Below are positions 47,800 through 61,187 of a stretch of 64,000 bases of DNA, piece by piece. Made by a program: the position numbers and the translations under genes. The stretch comes from Nymphaea colorata. Lineage: Eukaryota. The DNA is taken from positions 43,090,001-43,154,000 of the forward strand of contig NC_045138.2 of assembly GCF_008831285.2 (NCBI RefSeq), written 5' to 3'. Below the pieces are notes generated by a model. The model was not told where the DNA came from, ran no database searches, and saw only the letters and a list, made by a program, of their open reading frames with translations. The stretch's first letter is position 1, and each line of letters opens with the position of its first letter.

Positions 47800-49712
47800 A
47801 ATTCATTATGTGTGCCATATGGTAAATCCAATAGATGATCAACAATTTGTTGTCTATTGGACTCTTTATGTAAAAAACTTGTTGACATTGATTTGCTAAA
47901 ACAAATGGTTCATCATTCATACATCTGTAGTTGATGTTAACATATGTGGACCCAAATCCACCAAACTTTAATGTCCATCTGACGTGCATTCAAGACATCA
48001 TACCATTTGCATTTGAATACCACATGCTTTAGTCTCTCATAGTAACTAACCTCTATTATATTAGTGATGTATCCATAGTATTGAACTTCACCAATATTAG
48101 GAGTATGCGCATTAACAAAAACACCACTATTCTGGTATTTTATGTATGTATTTTTATGCTTTGTACGAAATTGAATCCATTAGAATCAACCCTTTATATC
48201 TAAATGCATTCTTGTTTGGGATTAAGACAACCAAACAATATCTTCTGGCATATGTTGATTTCCTAAATCATGTTTTTTTGTAATATGTAACCATACATAT
48301 AGATATATAAATGTCGTAAATAATATAAATCTAAATACATACAAGCATATGTATGAACCAAACTTGTTTTTCAAACCAATCTAGAAACTTTGTTTTATGA
48401 AGACGCTATATGGCATTGGGATTCATCATGTGTTGCTGGTAATCAATATCAAGTGTTGGATATAACACAAAAATAAAAAAAATTAATAACATCATAATAT
48501 ATTGTATGAACAATGTATTATATATATGTGAATTTTAGAATATTCCTATGTAATATATGGTAAAACAGCCGTATGATGAAATAATATGTACGTATGTACT
48601 TGCTGGTGAGCTAATGTGTCCATAGTTACCAATTCTAATGCCCCACTCTCTCCACATTGGATTCATTATCTGGATTAACATTGTCTTTGCCATTACTTTC
48701 AAGTCAATTAATTGTCTATAGCTTCCGGTAATATGTTGAACAGAATGTCATACATTCATTTGCCAAATAGCCCATTGCAATTGACCTTTTTGGTTGACTT
48801 TTGTTACGAACATACCTCTTAACTTAAATAAGTACCTGATAAAGTAATAGTGTGAAGACAAATACTCTTGTTAACAACTTCTTTGCAACAAAAATTAAAA
48901 CAAAGAAATATCTCTCAATAGGATGCGTCCACTTGTATTCCCATGGTCCACTCAATTGAACTTCATTTGCTAAATAAATTGTTAAATGCACCATCACATA
49001 AAAAAAAGTTGGTAAAAATATCATCTTTAATTGACAAAGTGTTATACTAAGTTGTTGTTCTAATTCTTGTAACTCAGCATCTATTATGGCCTTCATACAC
49101 AATTTTATGAAAATCTCACAATATTTTATGAACACGAGACTGACCTTTTTGGGTAATGATCTCCTTAAAGCCAAAGGAAGAAATGTTGTGTGAATGTGAC
49201 AATCATGAATCTTTAGACTGGAGATCATGTGTCCCACACAATGACTTTGTGTGAAATGTTGCTTAAACTAACCAATTGGAATTGTTAAATTATTTAACAC
49301 ATTACAAAATATATCTTTCTCATTCTTGTCAATGTTGTAATATGCTGGAGGAAGTACCCGCCTATCTGAATTTGGATGTTGTCATGCATGAAGTGACTCT
49401 CGCATGTTTATTTCCTTCAAGTTCATTCTAGCATTCAAATGATCTTTCGATTTGTTGTGTATATTTAATAATGTACCTATGATGTTGTCACAAATATTAT
49501 TTTCTATATACATAACATGTAAATTGTGATGTAATATATTATGCTCTCAATATGACAAAGTAAACAAAATACTTTTTTTTCTTTCAATTATATTTGAGTT
49601 CTTCTTCCATATATGTGTTCAACGTCATATCATGCAACAATTCTAACCCTACAATCATGTGTCGAGGAGCTGGACTTAATTCCACTATACCGTCAAACAT
49701 GTGTTTGTTTTT

Positions 49713-49761
<49 letters not shown>

Positions 49762-51134
49762 CTCAAATGGAGCCAACGACGATGACTGTTATAACAGATC
49801 TTATTGCTATGCTTTAGTCTGCCAATACATGTATCTTTAGAACAGATGAGAATAGCTAGCTTACCCTTCATACTCCAAGCTAATATGTATGCATATCCCA
49901 AAATATCATGTATGCTTCACAATAAAGCTGCACGTATTTGAAAATGTTGTTGTCTATGAAAGTCAAATATATGTACTCCTTCAGCCCATAACATATTTGA
50001 TTCATCGACCAATGGCTGTGGACAAACATTCTTGTCATTTGTTTTTGAACTTGTTAGTCCTGAGATGATTAATGACAACAACATATTTGGTTGCTTCATG
50101 CACATCCAAGGTGACAAATTATATATCACCAGCAAACAGACCATATGGCGTATGTTGAACTTAAATTTTCAAATGGGTTGAACTTATCACTAGCCAAACA
50201 CAAGCACATATTGTGAGCTTTTAATGCAAATGATGGGTGCTTCTCATCAAAGCTCTTCCATACTAGACCATCTATCGGGTGTCTTAGGACTCCATCTTTT
50301 ACACTTTGGTCACTATGTCATGTCATATGTTGTGCAACTTCAGACATTATGAACATTCTCTTCATCCGTACAATAAGGAAAAAATATCGTAAAGCTTCAT
50401 TGATGTCTTTTGAAATTTACATGCCTTTGTCATCCTCAACTCATCATCACCATACTTCATCGTGAAGTACTACATTTATCACATGTATCTTTCATTGCGT
50501 TTTCATTATTAAATAACATACAATTATTAGGACACATATCAATTTTTTGGCAATTGAACCCCAACTCTCCAATGATCTTCTTTGCCTCATGGACTGACTT
50601 CAGCAGTTCTATCATTGTAGGAAATGCTTCTACTAACAACTCAAGCAACAAATCAATGTTTTTGTTAGTCCACCCACATAAATTTTTTATACGAAAAACC
50701 ATACCAAAAAGCTCATCTTCATAAATCTGTTGCACTATGGATACAATTGATGTTCAACATCTTTAATCAATCTTTCATAGTCATCGTTATTCTCCCCATC
50801 TTCAGTACTATCTGCCCTCTGGAAAGATGACATAGAAGGTCGTACATGAAACACTTCTGACAACAACCCTTGAATGTTTTCAACAATTGTTTCTGGTGCA
50901 CATTCATGTGAAATTCTTCTCTCCATGATATTTCCAACAAACATACGTTTGTACAAAGCTATTACATATTATGTGATCAAGGATATCTGTAGCCACCTGA
51001 GTGAGAACATTATTGTTTCTTACACAAGGATATCTCATTCTTCCATTCACTATCACATTATGTGTGATAGCATAGTCAAAAAATTGTTTGACTCCAGTTA
51101 CATATTCCAAATGTCTTTTCTTTTCGTAATCCAA
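47800..51134 (-). pseudogene. CACTA/En-Spm transposase (TnpD/Tnp2-like) pseudogene
   Basis: Ordered motifs EYVTGVKQFFDYA..YPC..WKYHGE, KIDMCPNNCMLF..CDKC, LRHP.DG..WK.FD..HP.F, YNLSPWMCMKQ, LKIHDCH, FF.VMVHL..YL..E...GP...W..PIER and DEPFVLANQCQQVFY. Multiple stops and frameshifts, plus a (TA)n insertion at 49716-49758. Confidence 0.93.
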
Positions 51135-52129
51135 GTTTGATTATCTATTCTTTAATAGATATGTACAATCAACTTCAATATGATCAACTCTCAATATTGT
51201 GAATGTTGCATTTAACCATTTGTTTTTTGATTCATACAAATTAAAGTTCATTGTGTAGCTTGTCATGCAATCTTCCAAACAAGTACCTAAACAATTTATT
51301 TTGATAATCCTATATCTTTTAAACATCATAAAGTAACATCTTGAACATATATGCAACACAAACATCATATCTGTAACTCAAAGATCATTAATAAATGATT
51401 AATTGCACCATTTGACGGTGAAACATGCTATATAATTCTTAAAATGATGCTACAATTCAAGCAGTTCAAGACAATTATAAGTCTTCAGTCGTTCAAACAA
51501 TTTTCCGAACACTTGGTGGGTGGGTAAAAATTGTAGAGACCGAAAACTTTCAAACATCATAAACGCATACAAATGACAACCAATCAATGCATTGCAAATA
51601 AGTATGTACATAGTTGAATTAGACATGGTCAAAATTTGTTTCCAAAATCTTATCACAATGCACCAGAATCCGACGAGGACAAAAATTGAGGAAACATTGG
51701 GGGTCTTGTGTTTGTAGGTATTTTATGTAATTAATATATCAAATTTAAGGTATTAAGTTCAACAAACATTCTTGCAAAGTTTTACAACCAAATACTATTG
51801 AAAAATGGCAATATCTCGCTGAAAAAAATCGAATATATATCATATAAGTATGTTATAACCTAAAATCATTCACAGATAGAAAAAATGAGTGAGATTAAGG
51901 AACCAACCTTTTTATCTTTTAGCCATTCAAAAATGATGAACAATGGCTACAATCATTGAAAAATCAGGGTAACCGCCAGCGAGAAGAAGATGGAAGAGAA
52001 AAGAAAATAGAAAAGAAGAAGAAACTAGAAGAACGGTTTGAGTGGAGCTATAAGTTGGGGAATCCTTTATCGATGCATGAGAGATATCATAAAGGCCTAC
52101 TTTAAAAAAAAATCAGTAAAATTAATGTG

Positions 52130-52577
52130 GTAAATTTTACCGATGTCGGTAACGTGTTGGTGAAACTTTCATTGGTGACATCCAGAGGTAACAAGTCGAT
52201 AAAAGTGTAGTTGTACCGACGCACCAGTCGAACATCAAAAATTTTTTGCCATGAAAAAAAATTCTCTGATGCGAGAATGGTCACGTGTCAATAAAACTGG
52301 CTTCTTTTCATCGACCTCTACAAAATAGATGTCAGTACAAGTACTTTTTACCGACGTCTGGAGCTGGATATTGGTAAAAGTTTCATTTCTAGTGATGCTT
52401 GAAATATGGAAGTTAGTAAAAGACCATCTTCAACGACATCCTAACGCCACACAATGATGAAGGCTGCTTTTCACCGACGTCTTTCTCTGAACATCGATGA
52501 AAATTAATCTTTACTGACATTTGCCTCTAGACATTGGTAAAAGTTTCCTTTGACATGACTTTCCTCACATGTTAGTG
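52130..52577 (-). mobile_element. CACTA 5' subterminal repeat region and probable TIR
   Basis: About 10 TTTTACCGAC and GTCGGTAAAA-like motifs in both orientations upstream of the transposase. They end at TAGTG 52573-52577 (CACTA on the minus strand). Confidence 0.7.
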
Positions 52578-52619
52578 AAACTATCATTTTTTTTTTGTAG
52601 GCACATCTTTCTATGTAAA

Positions 52620-53270
52620 CATTATTTTTCTGCCCTTTGTGTTCCATGAACTTCATCATGAGCACCCCGCAAATCATAACTTTTGTTTTGCTGTAGACAT
52701 TTGATAAAAAATATCCTGTAATTTCTTGGATATGTTCATGCAACTCTCTTTTCATGAAAGGATATTATGGAACAAGAGGAACATTTGAGTGTTAAATGTA
52801 CATTGTTGAACATTAAAACCATTAATATGCATCCATAGATGTTTCATTCTGTTGTTGACAATATATAGCACCCAAAGCTTTTGTTGACGATATATAGCAC
52901 CCAAAGCTTCGATGCGTCTATACACAAAGCATAATGAGCTGAAAAAAATTAGTGAAAACCAAAGTAAGGATAATCAAGAATAGTTGAGTAGAGGCATACC
53001 AGTTCACAATCGACAACGCCCAGGTAACCTGGATAAGCACCCAGTGTTTGATGGACTTTCAAAATGGTCTCATCGTATAGTGTTGACCTCATCAAGGAAT
53101 ATTTTTGTTCGTGTGATTAATAGTTTGAAACAAATATTGTAACAAGGAAAATATAGTAGCAAATCGGCCATAAAAAAGAATGGCAAGATTATCCTCGTGT
53201 GACCTATCCGAGACGCCTTCAAATAATTCTCGAACTCATTGATAACATGCATAAAAACAACACCATTCAA
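52620..53270 (-). pseudogene. Ulp1-like peptidase C48 fragment B
   Basis: Minus strand reads GYLGVVDCEL, then an intron (52939-52999, GT..AG), then LIMLCV..LWVLYIVN and KCLQQNKSYD(fs)CGVLMMKFME. A ~29-bp duplication spans the WVLY motif. Confidence 0.75.
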
Positions 53271-54269
53271 GCATCCTAGATATAGTTGTCACCATTAAGA
53301 TTGTTTGCATGCATGCACCTCATTATTGATCTCATGTTAGGCTGGAGATCCCTTTTAATGGATTCAATCAAACGATATTAGTCCACAGAATCATCACTGA
53401 TGATTACCAATGCACATTTGAGGCATGTATTTATGCCTTCTTCTTCCCTCTACTGTCTTCTTCCTTTCCCCCTCCTTCCCCTTCTGCCTAGGAGACATTA
53501 CCTCTAGCCTTCTTGAGCTTTATATTTGTTTCTTCCTTCCTCTATCCCTTTGCTTCGGTCAAGCGCACCGTGTGAATGGGAGATCAAGCCAGATCAAACA
53601 GATCTCTTTCCTCAAAACGCATTTGCTTTTCATTGCACCAGAGAAGCAAGAGGGCAAAGATGAAGCATTCACTTCGCTTGACTCTGTCACATCACGTCAT
53701 TTTGACGAGCAAAGCCCACAAAGTACGCACTCACAAATCGACAAAGCATTCACAACTTTGAATGCACCATAGGGCTGATTCAGACTCGCTCTGATAGACT
53801 ATCAGACAAGATGGTAACTCATATTGATGGACAATTTTCATTGGTCTCAACCTTTCATCTTGTTTTGGCTGTAGGGGCATCCATGGTGATAGCTATCTTC
53901 CTCCTCCTCAATTTCCCTCTTTCAAGATTATCTTGAGATGCCTATGCACAAAACACTCTCCCTCCTTCTTCCTTCTCCTTCTTCTAGTCCCACACTTTGA
54001 ATGGGGAATACAAAATGATGTAATACTCCTTGCCTACATTGCATTTAAATCCCAATACGAGCATGCTTTTTGAAACTGTACAAAAAGAAAGTGCTACAAC
54101 AGCCCCAAGAGAGCGATAGCATACAATGGAGCCTGAGTAATGATGTCTGCCCATACTCTTTGAAGCACAATGCTAGATGCACATGATTTTTGGCACACAC
54201 ATTTTACCTACGTTTTCTCATTAAATGAGCATCATACTATGCAACAACATTTCCAGTTGGACTAAAGCT

Positions 54270-56570
54270 GACATCAGCCTCGATCAGTCATGCAATCACC
54301 CTTTGCCTTTTCCAATCAACACGTTTGAGAGACAACCACAAGGTTGGTGCGTCCTTAACTAGTTGGCCCTGCAATCTTCCCCGACCAAACGATGCATTTC
54401 GAGTGACAAATCAATGTATAAGACCTGTGACCATTTGACAAACCTTCAAGGGAACAATTTGCATCCCACCATTTGTCGGCGTGAGGAGCAGGTAGACAAA
54501 ATCATGATCAGTCATTCCATCACGACTTATTAGTGCCACTCCGACATGGAACCACCCTAATCAGGTCTTCAAGACATGCAACCATAAGGTTTTTCTGCAC
54601 GAGGCTATGCACGATAGCATGTTGGTTGCTTTCCTTCACACTTTCCAGCTCATGATCACTAGTGGGGCCACCTGCTCAAATTTCATCTATGTTGTTTGGG
54701 TTGTATATTGCATTCATTGATTGGTTTGGTCAATCAGCAATAAAGCGAGGATGTGATGACACACTGACCAGCTATGTTCTAGGCTGACCACTATTAGACA
54801 AGAACTAGATCTATACAACCATCTTTTGTTACGTAAGTAGTCTGGTGCCTCAAAATAGGGAAGAGCACTGGCAAATAGTCTCAAACTTGGAATCGCTCCT
54901 CATCGGCTTCAATCGGTCACTTGATCACCCTCCTCCTCTGCCAAGAGATATGTTTTCATCGATAAATCAAGGTATAAGACCTGCGACCATTTACTTGACT
55001 GCACAATTTCCGTCCCTCCATTTGCCGGTTTGAGGAGTGAACAGACAAAATCACGACCGATCATGCCATCATGGTTTATCGACACAAGTCGAACCTTAAA
55101 TCACCCCTAACCATGTCTCCAGGACATGGAACCATAAGGTTTTACTGCGAGGCTATGTGCAATTGCATGTTTGTTGCTATCTTTCATAATTTCCAGCTCA
55201 TGATCACTACTAAGGCTACCTGCTCAAAGTTCATGTACAATGTTTGGGCTGTATAATGCACCCATGAGAAGCCTTTGACTTGTTTGGTCCATTAACAATA
55301 ACAAAGATGATGCAATGACACACTAACTGGCTAAGTTCTAGGCATGCTACTGTTAGACAAGAACCCTATTGCAAATATTGTCTTCTCTTACATAAGTAGT
55401 CTGGTGCCTCAAAATAGGGACAGTGCCAAAACCATGTGTTGAGCCTAGGATCACTCCTCATCGACCTCACTCGACATTCAATGACCCTCTTCCTTTGGCA
55501 AAGAATGAGTTTCCATTGATAGATCAAGGTATAAGAACTGCTATGATTTGATTGACCTTTGACCGCACAATTGGTGTGCCTCCATCTATCGGCGTGAGAG
55601 GAGCCGGTCAAAATCACAATCGGTTATACCGGCACACTTCATCAGCACCAGTCTGGTCTGCAATCACCTAAAACTAGGTCATGCAACTGTAAGGTTTTTC
55701 TGCATGAGGATGTACGGGATTGCATGTCGGTTGCTTTCATTCACATTTTTTGTCTCATGATCACTAGTATGACCACCTGTTCAAGTTTTGTGTATACCGT
55801 TTGGATGGTATATTACATGCACGATGAGCCATTGACTTGTTTGGTCCATCAGAAATAACAGCAAGGCTGCAATGACACACTAACCAGCTGTGTTCTAGGC
55901 AAGCCACTATGGGACAAGAACCCTAGTCTACAAGCATCATCTTATCTTATGTAAATAGTCTAGTGCCTCAAATTAGGAAAGGGTGCCAGAAAACAATGTC
56001 GAACCCGAGATCACTCATCAAAATCAATCAATCACTCTATCACCCTCCTCATCCGCCAAACAACACATTTTCACTAGTAAATCAAGATATAAGATGTGCT
56101 ACCATTTGATCGACTTTTGACCGCATAATTGGTGTCCCTTCATTTGTTTGTTTGAGGAGCGGGCCCACCAAATCATGATAATTCATACCATCATGCTTCA
56201 TTAGTGCTAGTCGAACTTGCAACCCCTAACCAGGTCTTCAGGATCGCTCCTTATCAGCCTCACCTGGTCACTCAATCACCCTCCTAATCTGCCAAACAAT
56301 GCATTTCAATTCACAAATCATGGTATAGGACCTATGACCATTTGACCAACCTTCGACTGCACAATTGGCATCCCTCCATCTCTCAGCATGAGGTGCACGC
56401 CGATATAATCCCAATCGGTCATAGAGTTGCACTTCATCGGCTCCCGTTAGACTCAAAATCACCCCTAATCAGGTCTCTGGGACATGCAACTGTAAGGTTT
56501 TGTTGTATGAGGTTGTGCACATCACACTTATTTTATGTCATACTTTCCATTTCAAGTTCACATGTACGTC
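54270..56570. repeat. Degenerate tandem array, ~557-bp unit, ~4 copies plus a partial copy
   Basis: Anchor TATAAGACCTG.GACCATTT at 54417, 54973, 55530, 56088 and 56324. Anchor GTGCCTCAAA.TAGG at ~54845, 55404 and 55963. Confidence 0.9.
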
Positions 56571-57380
56571 TGATTGCTTTGGCATTTAATGCATGAAGCT
56601 GAAGCAACAGTCATTATTTAGAAATGGGGCTCTATTGTACGTCGGCAAAGTACGTTCACATATGCTTTGTTTGCAAATTGTTGACTGCATATTTACAAAA
56701 TCACTCTTGTTCTCCCACGGATCACCATCAGAATGGCAAGGTGGGATAGTTGTAAATGTCAAGACGTTGCATTTTATGCCATTTATAATTAATGACATAG
56801 AGAATGTTCAATAAAGTTCATCTCCATTGTGGACAAATGAGGTTGGTTCTCTTGCTGGTTCGATGGTGAAGCTGACTGCCATTAATTTGAAACAGAAAGG
56901 GTTTGATCAGAGTTTGCTAAGGTATCAGATTCAACAATTTGAAGATGAGCCAAACTCCAACAAATGGATCAGTAATTTTGTATGCACTCTCATAAATATT
57001 CGTCCTCAACTACTTCTAGGACCACTTGGTCCACTCGTTTATTTGATCTTAAAACTTCTTATAGGTTGCACACGAAATAATAGAGTGGATGCAGCAATCA
57101 TCAGAGAATTATATACGTTGTGTACTCAATCCATTTGTCGTGGTATGTAGCTTGTGATTTTGTCTGTTATTCACATATATATCGTCTATTATTGTACTGT
57201 ACAGAGTGCAGTTTATGAGTTTACGTTCAGCTCTGGTTTATCGAGGGCTAAAAGGATGATTCCCCACAGTCCAAACCTATTCATGACATGTGAAGTTGTT
57301 TGTGGTCATGTGGTTGATCAACATTACAATTAAACTTCGTATGGATTCACCGTAACACCATTTTACTTTATTTTATGTAG

Positions 57381-57818
57381 ATCATCCTCCCTACCTTGTG
57401 AGAATAGTGCATCCATTTGGTACTCTATGTGCTCAATGTTCCAAATACTGTTATCTTGTACTATAATTCAATGAACATTCACGAAAGTGTACACGTAGAT
57501 TTATTGCACATCAGGGGATTCTTTTGGTGGTGGTGGGGGGGGGGGGGGGGGGGGGTGGTGAGATCCTGGCTATTTTATTATAGAACTGAAGCTCCACAAC
57601 AAAACAACTGCTATGATTTCGGTATGTTCATCCTCAAGTACGTTGAGGCAAGCTACAGTGGTAGGGAGACGAGATTTGATTGTGTAAGCATTTTAATTAA
57701 GGTACTAGTTAACAAGAACGTTCTTGAAATGGAGTGTTGTCTCCTGGTAGGACGATGTAATTCGAAAGCAGATATGTTTGGATATTGTGGTGTACGTAAA
57801 ATCAAAGGCAGACAATAA
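57381..57818 (+). pseudogene. Ulp1-like peptidase C48 fragment C
   Basis: Exon 57381-57683 (AG..GT flanks) reads IILP...HLVLYVLN..ILYYNSM...APQQNNCYDFGMFILKYVE. The catalytic DCG is changed to DFG. Contains in-frame stops and a poly-G tract. Confidence 0.75.
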
Positions 57819-58619
57819 GCAGCTGGAAGTGGGAATGTATATAAAGAAGGGATCAAAGGGCAAACGTGAGAAAAAGTGGATATTTTTATGAGCGGAATTA
57901 ATGATACTCAATGCGATATAAAGTGCAATTGTTTGTGTGTTTTCATTGTCAAGTAGAAGATGGCACACTCTAAGGATAGAGGTAATAGAATTCATCTACA
58001 AGCATGTGGCAATTAGCAGACAAGTAGGTTCTCAAAAACTCTAGCATAAGAAAAGTTATCTTCCAAAGATCTATAGAATATATGAGATAACAACAGGAAC
58101 AATAACAACAATATATATTGAAAGTTTTAAGCCAGACATCTCAGGGTTAGTGCTGGTAAAAATTTATAAAAATTTGAAAAAATGATGGAAGGGTAAAAAG
58201 CAATATAGGAGAAATTATGTGCATGTAAATGAGGGAATAATCATGGATAGCTACATGGAAACTCAAAGCTCAAAATAAGATTATGCAATCAACAACAACC
58301 ATTAGCCTTTTTTCAACTTCATAAGTGAAAAAATAAATTGAAGAAAAAAAATCAGTCGGCCAGTTTATGTGGAAAAAGTAAACTGCAGTAACAATCGAAT
58401 GTTTGTTGCCGGATCAGAGAGAGAAATCGTCATGGAAAAAGAGGCTTTGTTGCCGGAGAGAGTTCTACCGAGCTATTGATGGCAGCCATTGATGATGGTG
58501 TCCATCATCGATGTCCATTATCGATAGTAGGCAGGCTATTGGGGTTGGAGGGAAGGAGCACGAGTCGGAGATGGGGAGAGGGAGGGTTGGAGGGGAAGGA
58601 GAGAAAAAAGTGGAGGAAG

Positions 58620-58655
<36 letters not shown>

Positions 58656-59235
58656 ATACAATGAAAAACCTTGAAGAACTCCATATTTGCAAAGAGCTTT
58701 TCAACATTTTATTAGATTCCAACAAAACCAGAAATCAGTTCAAAGTAAAGATGAAAAGTAAGAAAAATCTTATTAAATCGAAAGAAATTGTGGATGGGTA
58801 ACTTCGATCCAACCATCTTCTTGTCTCCCTCGGTGTGCTTCTTCACGCTCGGCTGGGAATCATGGCGCTGTTCATCAGATGGCACTATCCAGTGGAGAGG
58901 GTTCCGACTTCCGAGACGGACAAGGAAAGAAGGGGAGAGAAAGGAATAGGGGAGAGAAAGGGAGGAGAGGTAGAGGAAAGGGGGAAGTGGGATGCGCGGG
59001 AGGGTATTTCCGCTTTCAAAAATGTTTTTTAATTTTTTTAATGGCATAACAAAAGCAACGATTTCCCACCATCCATCTTTATTCTTTGATTCGTCTGATA
59101 CGTCGGAAGGGACAAGACGTCCCTTCTGCGAACCCGTTCCAAAATAAAACAATTGTTGTTGTGCCTTTCTATAAGACTTGGTTTCTATAGATATTATTGT
59201 AAAAGTCTTCAAAGTTTTTTCTAATTAATGAACAG

Positions 59236-59326
59236 GGCCATCATAGCATTTGATGCTTCATAGCAATGGAAATTGTTTGATGAAGATAAATATGAGGAAG
59301 CTCTTGACGTACTTGTAGTGGGAAAG
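59236..59326 (+). pseudogene. Isolated frameshifted exon resembling plant NUB1 (NEDD8 ultimate buster 1)
   Basis: CAG acceptor, then AIIA(fs)LMLHSNGNCL(fs)DEDKYEEALDVLVVGK, then a GC-type donor GCAAG. Resembles the NUB1 segment as I recall it (A.MMGLMLH.NAK.LI....Y.DALEVL.MGE). Not verified by search. Confidence 0.5.
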
Positions 59327-61187
59327 GCAAGCTTCTTTCTCTAGCACCAACTGAAAGCTTTTTTGTTTTTTTAAACAAAATTTAATATACCATTACATCT
59401 AATTGGCTGGTTCCGTTTAGTTGGCTGCTCCAAGAGTCTTCTTGGAATTTCCTCTACCATCTTCTTCTTTGGAAGCTCTCTTTTTAAAGGGAGTTGCTTC
59501 ATTATTTTATTGCATTAGAACTGTACTAACTGGTTGTTTTTCTTTAACTGTTTTTTTCCTGTTTACCTCTTTGTTAATGTATGAGCAAGTTAAGAACCTT
59601 ATAATGACAACCTATGCCTCTTTTCCAGCACAGCATGCAAGTATACTCCTATAAGGTTTTCCTCTTGTAATTCATCTTATATTATATATATGCGTGTTCT
59701 GCAAGCCAATAGTGCAGGAAATTTCACAGTTATTGATTTTCTTATTTAAGATGAGGCATGGTTGTGATTGAGGAAGCTATAAGGCTCTTCTATAAGTAGG
59801 TCAGTTACTTCTGCATTATGTTGACCTAATTAATTTTTTTGTAAGTGATGGTGTAAAACTTCTGTGGACTAGAATTTGTTCTGTTTTGTTTCTTCCACTA
59901 TTCATTTGCTGCTCTTTGTGTAGCACTAGCCTTGTATTGGACTTGAATAAAAAATGCCATATTTGCATATTGTAATTGAGGAATTGTTGGAAAGTTTGAA
60001 GGGAAAGAGAAGGAAGCCAGGAATTCAGCAGAAAAAACTAGCAGCTGTCTTCCTTTCTCTCTTGCACTCTGTAAAGTAAAGCAACTGAATGTGACCAAAG
60101 AATGGTTTTCTGTGCAGGTTGTTCTTTGGGCACTCTAATAGTTTTAGTCCTTTCACTTGAAAGGAAATGACAAATATAAATGGGAGGACTGGGAACCTAC
60201 TTTTGAAATTAGCCTGTCTGGTGGTCATTTTGGGACCAAGGTCTGCATTGACACCTAGAATGTTCGATTTATTATTATTTTTTTCTGTTCTTTGATGGTT
60301 AAACGTTTGTTATTTTTATATTATTTTTCCTTTTTTCTTTGTTATTATGTGCGGTTCTATTGAGATTTTGGCAGAGAAATTGGTTTCTGCCCTTTATTCG
60401 TTGATTTTCCATGGTAGATTACTATATTGTTTTTCTTTATTTTTGAACTTCCGTTTATGTTCCGCAGTTCGTCTCTAGGACGTTATGAACTTCAATGCGT
60501 GAAAACAAAAGAAGAAACTGCACTATCAAAAATTACTGCATAAAAAATTATGACCTAACCCGGCTGAGTTGCCAAGTCAACTCGCTAGCCCAGTGACCCC
60601 ATTGTCACACGATCTGATTCTGGTTCCTGTTTGCAAAACTATGCCGTGAAGGGCAACGACAGCTACTGCTAGCGACTAAAACATAGATCGTTTCCAATAA
60701 GGTTATTGACAACGGCTGCCAATGCATGTTTCTTGTAGCGCTCACAAGTAAAGTTTATCTTGAGAAGTCTTGATCCAGGGCCGTTTGCATGGAGAGCCAT
60801 CACTATATAGGAGAATAAGGAAGGTGGTTCGTAGATAGGGAAGGACGACAAATGGTTCAAAAGATAGATTGAAAGAGCTATTACTATTTAGAAGAGAACT
60901 AAAAGAAAGACCCTACCCATGCAGAAGACAACTGTAGAATTATGAGGACATTATCAACAAATTTGGTGGTATGAGACATTTATTGGACAAGCGAAGCGTT
61001 ACTTGGAATTCATTTTCACATTTTTCCTTGTTGCTTTTAGCTAATTCATCTTCGTGATATTTTCACATAAAATAGCCAACACTAAAACTCAAAAGAACAA
61101 GAGCGTCTTATCAGTACTTGGTCTCATCTGTTCTTGCAGTTAAGATCATTTACAGATCCTTCTTATTCTTGTCGCACCATCATGATG

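Noticed and set aside
59312..59320. CTTGTAGTG as a CACTA right TIR
   Set aside because: It lies inside the NUB1-like exon, has no adjacent subterminal repeat array and has no matching TSD.
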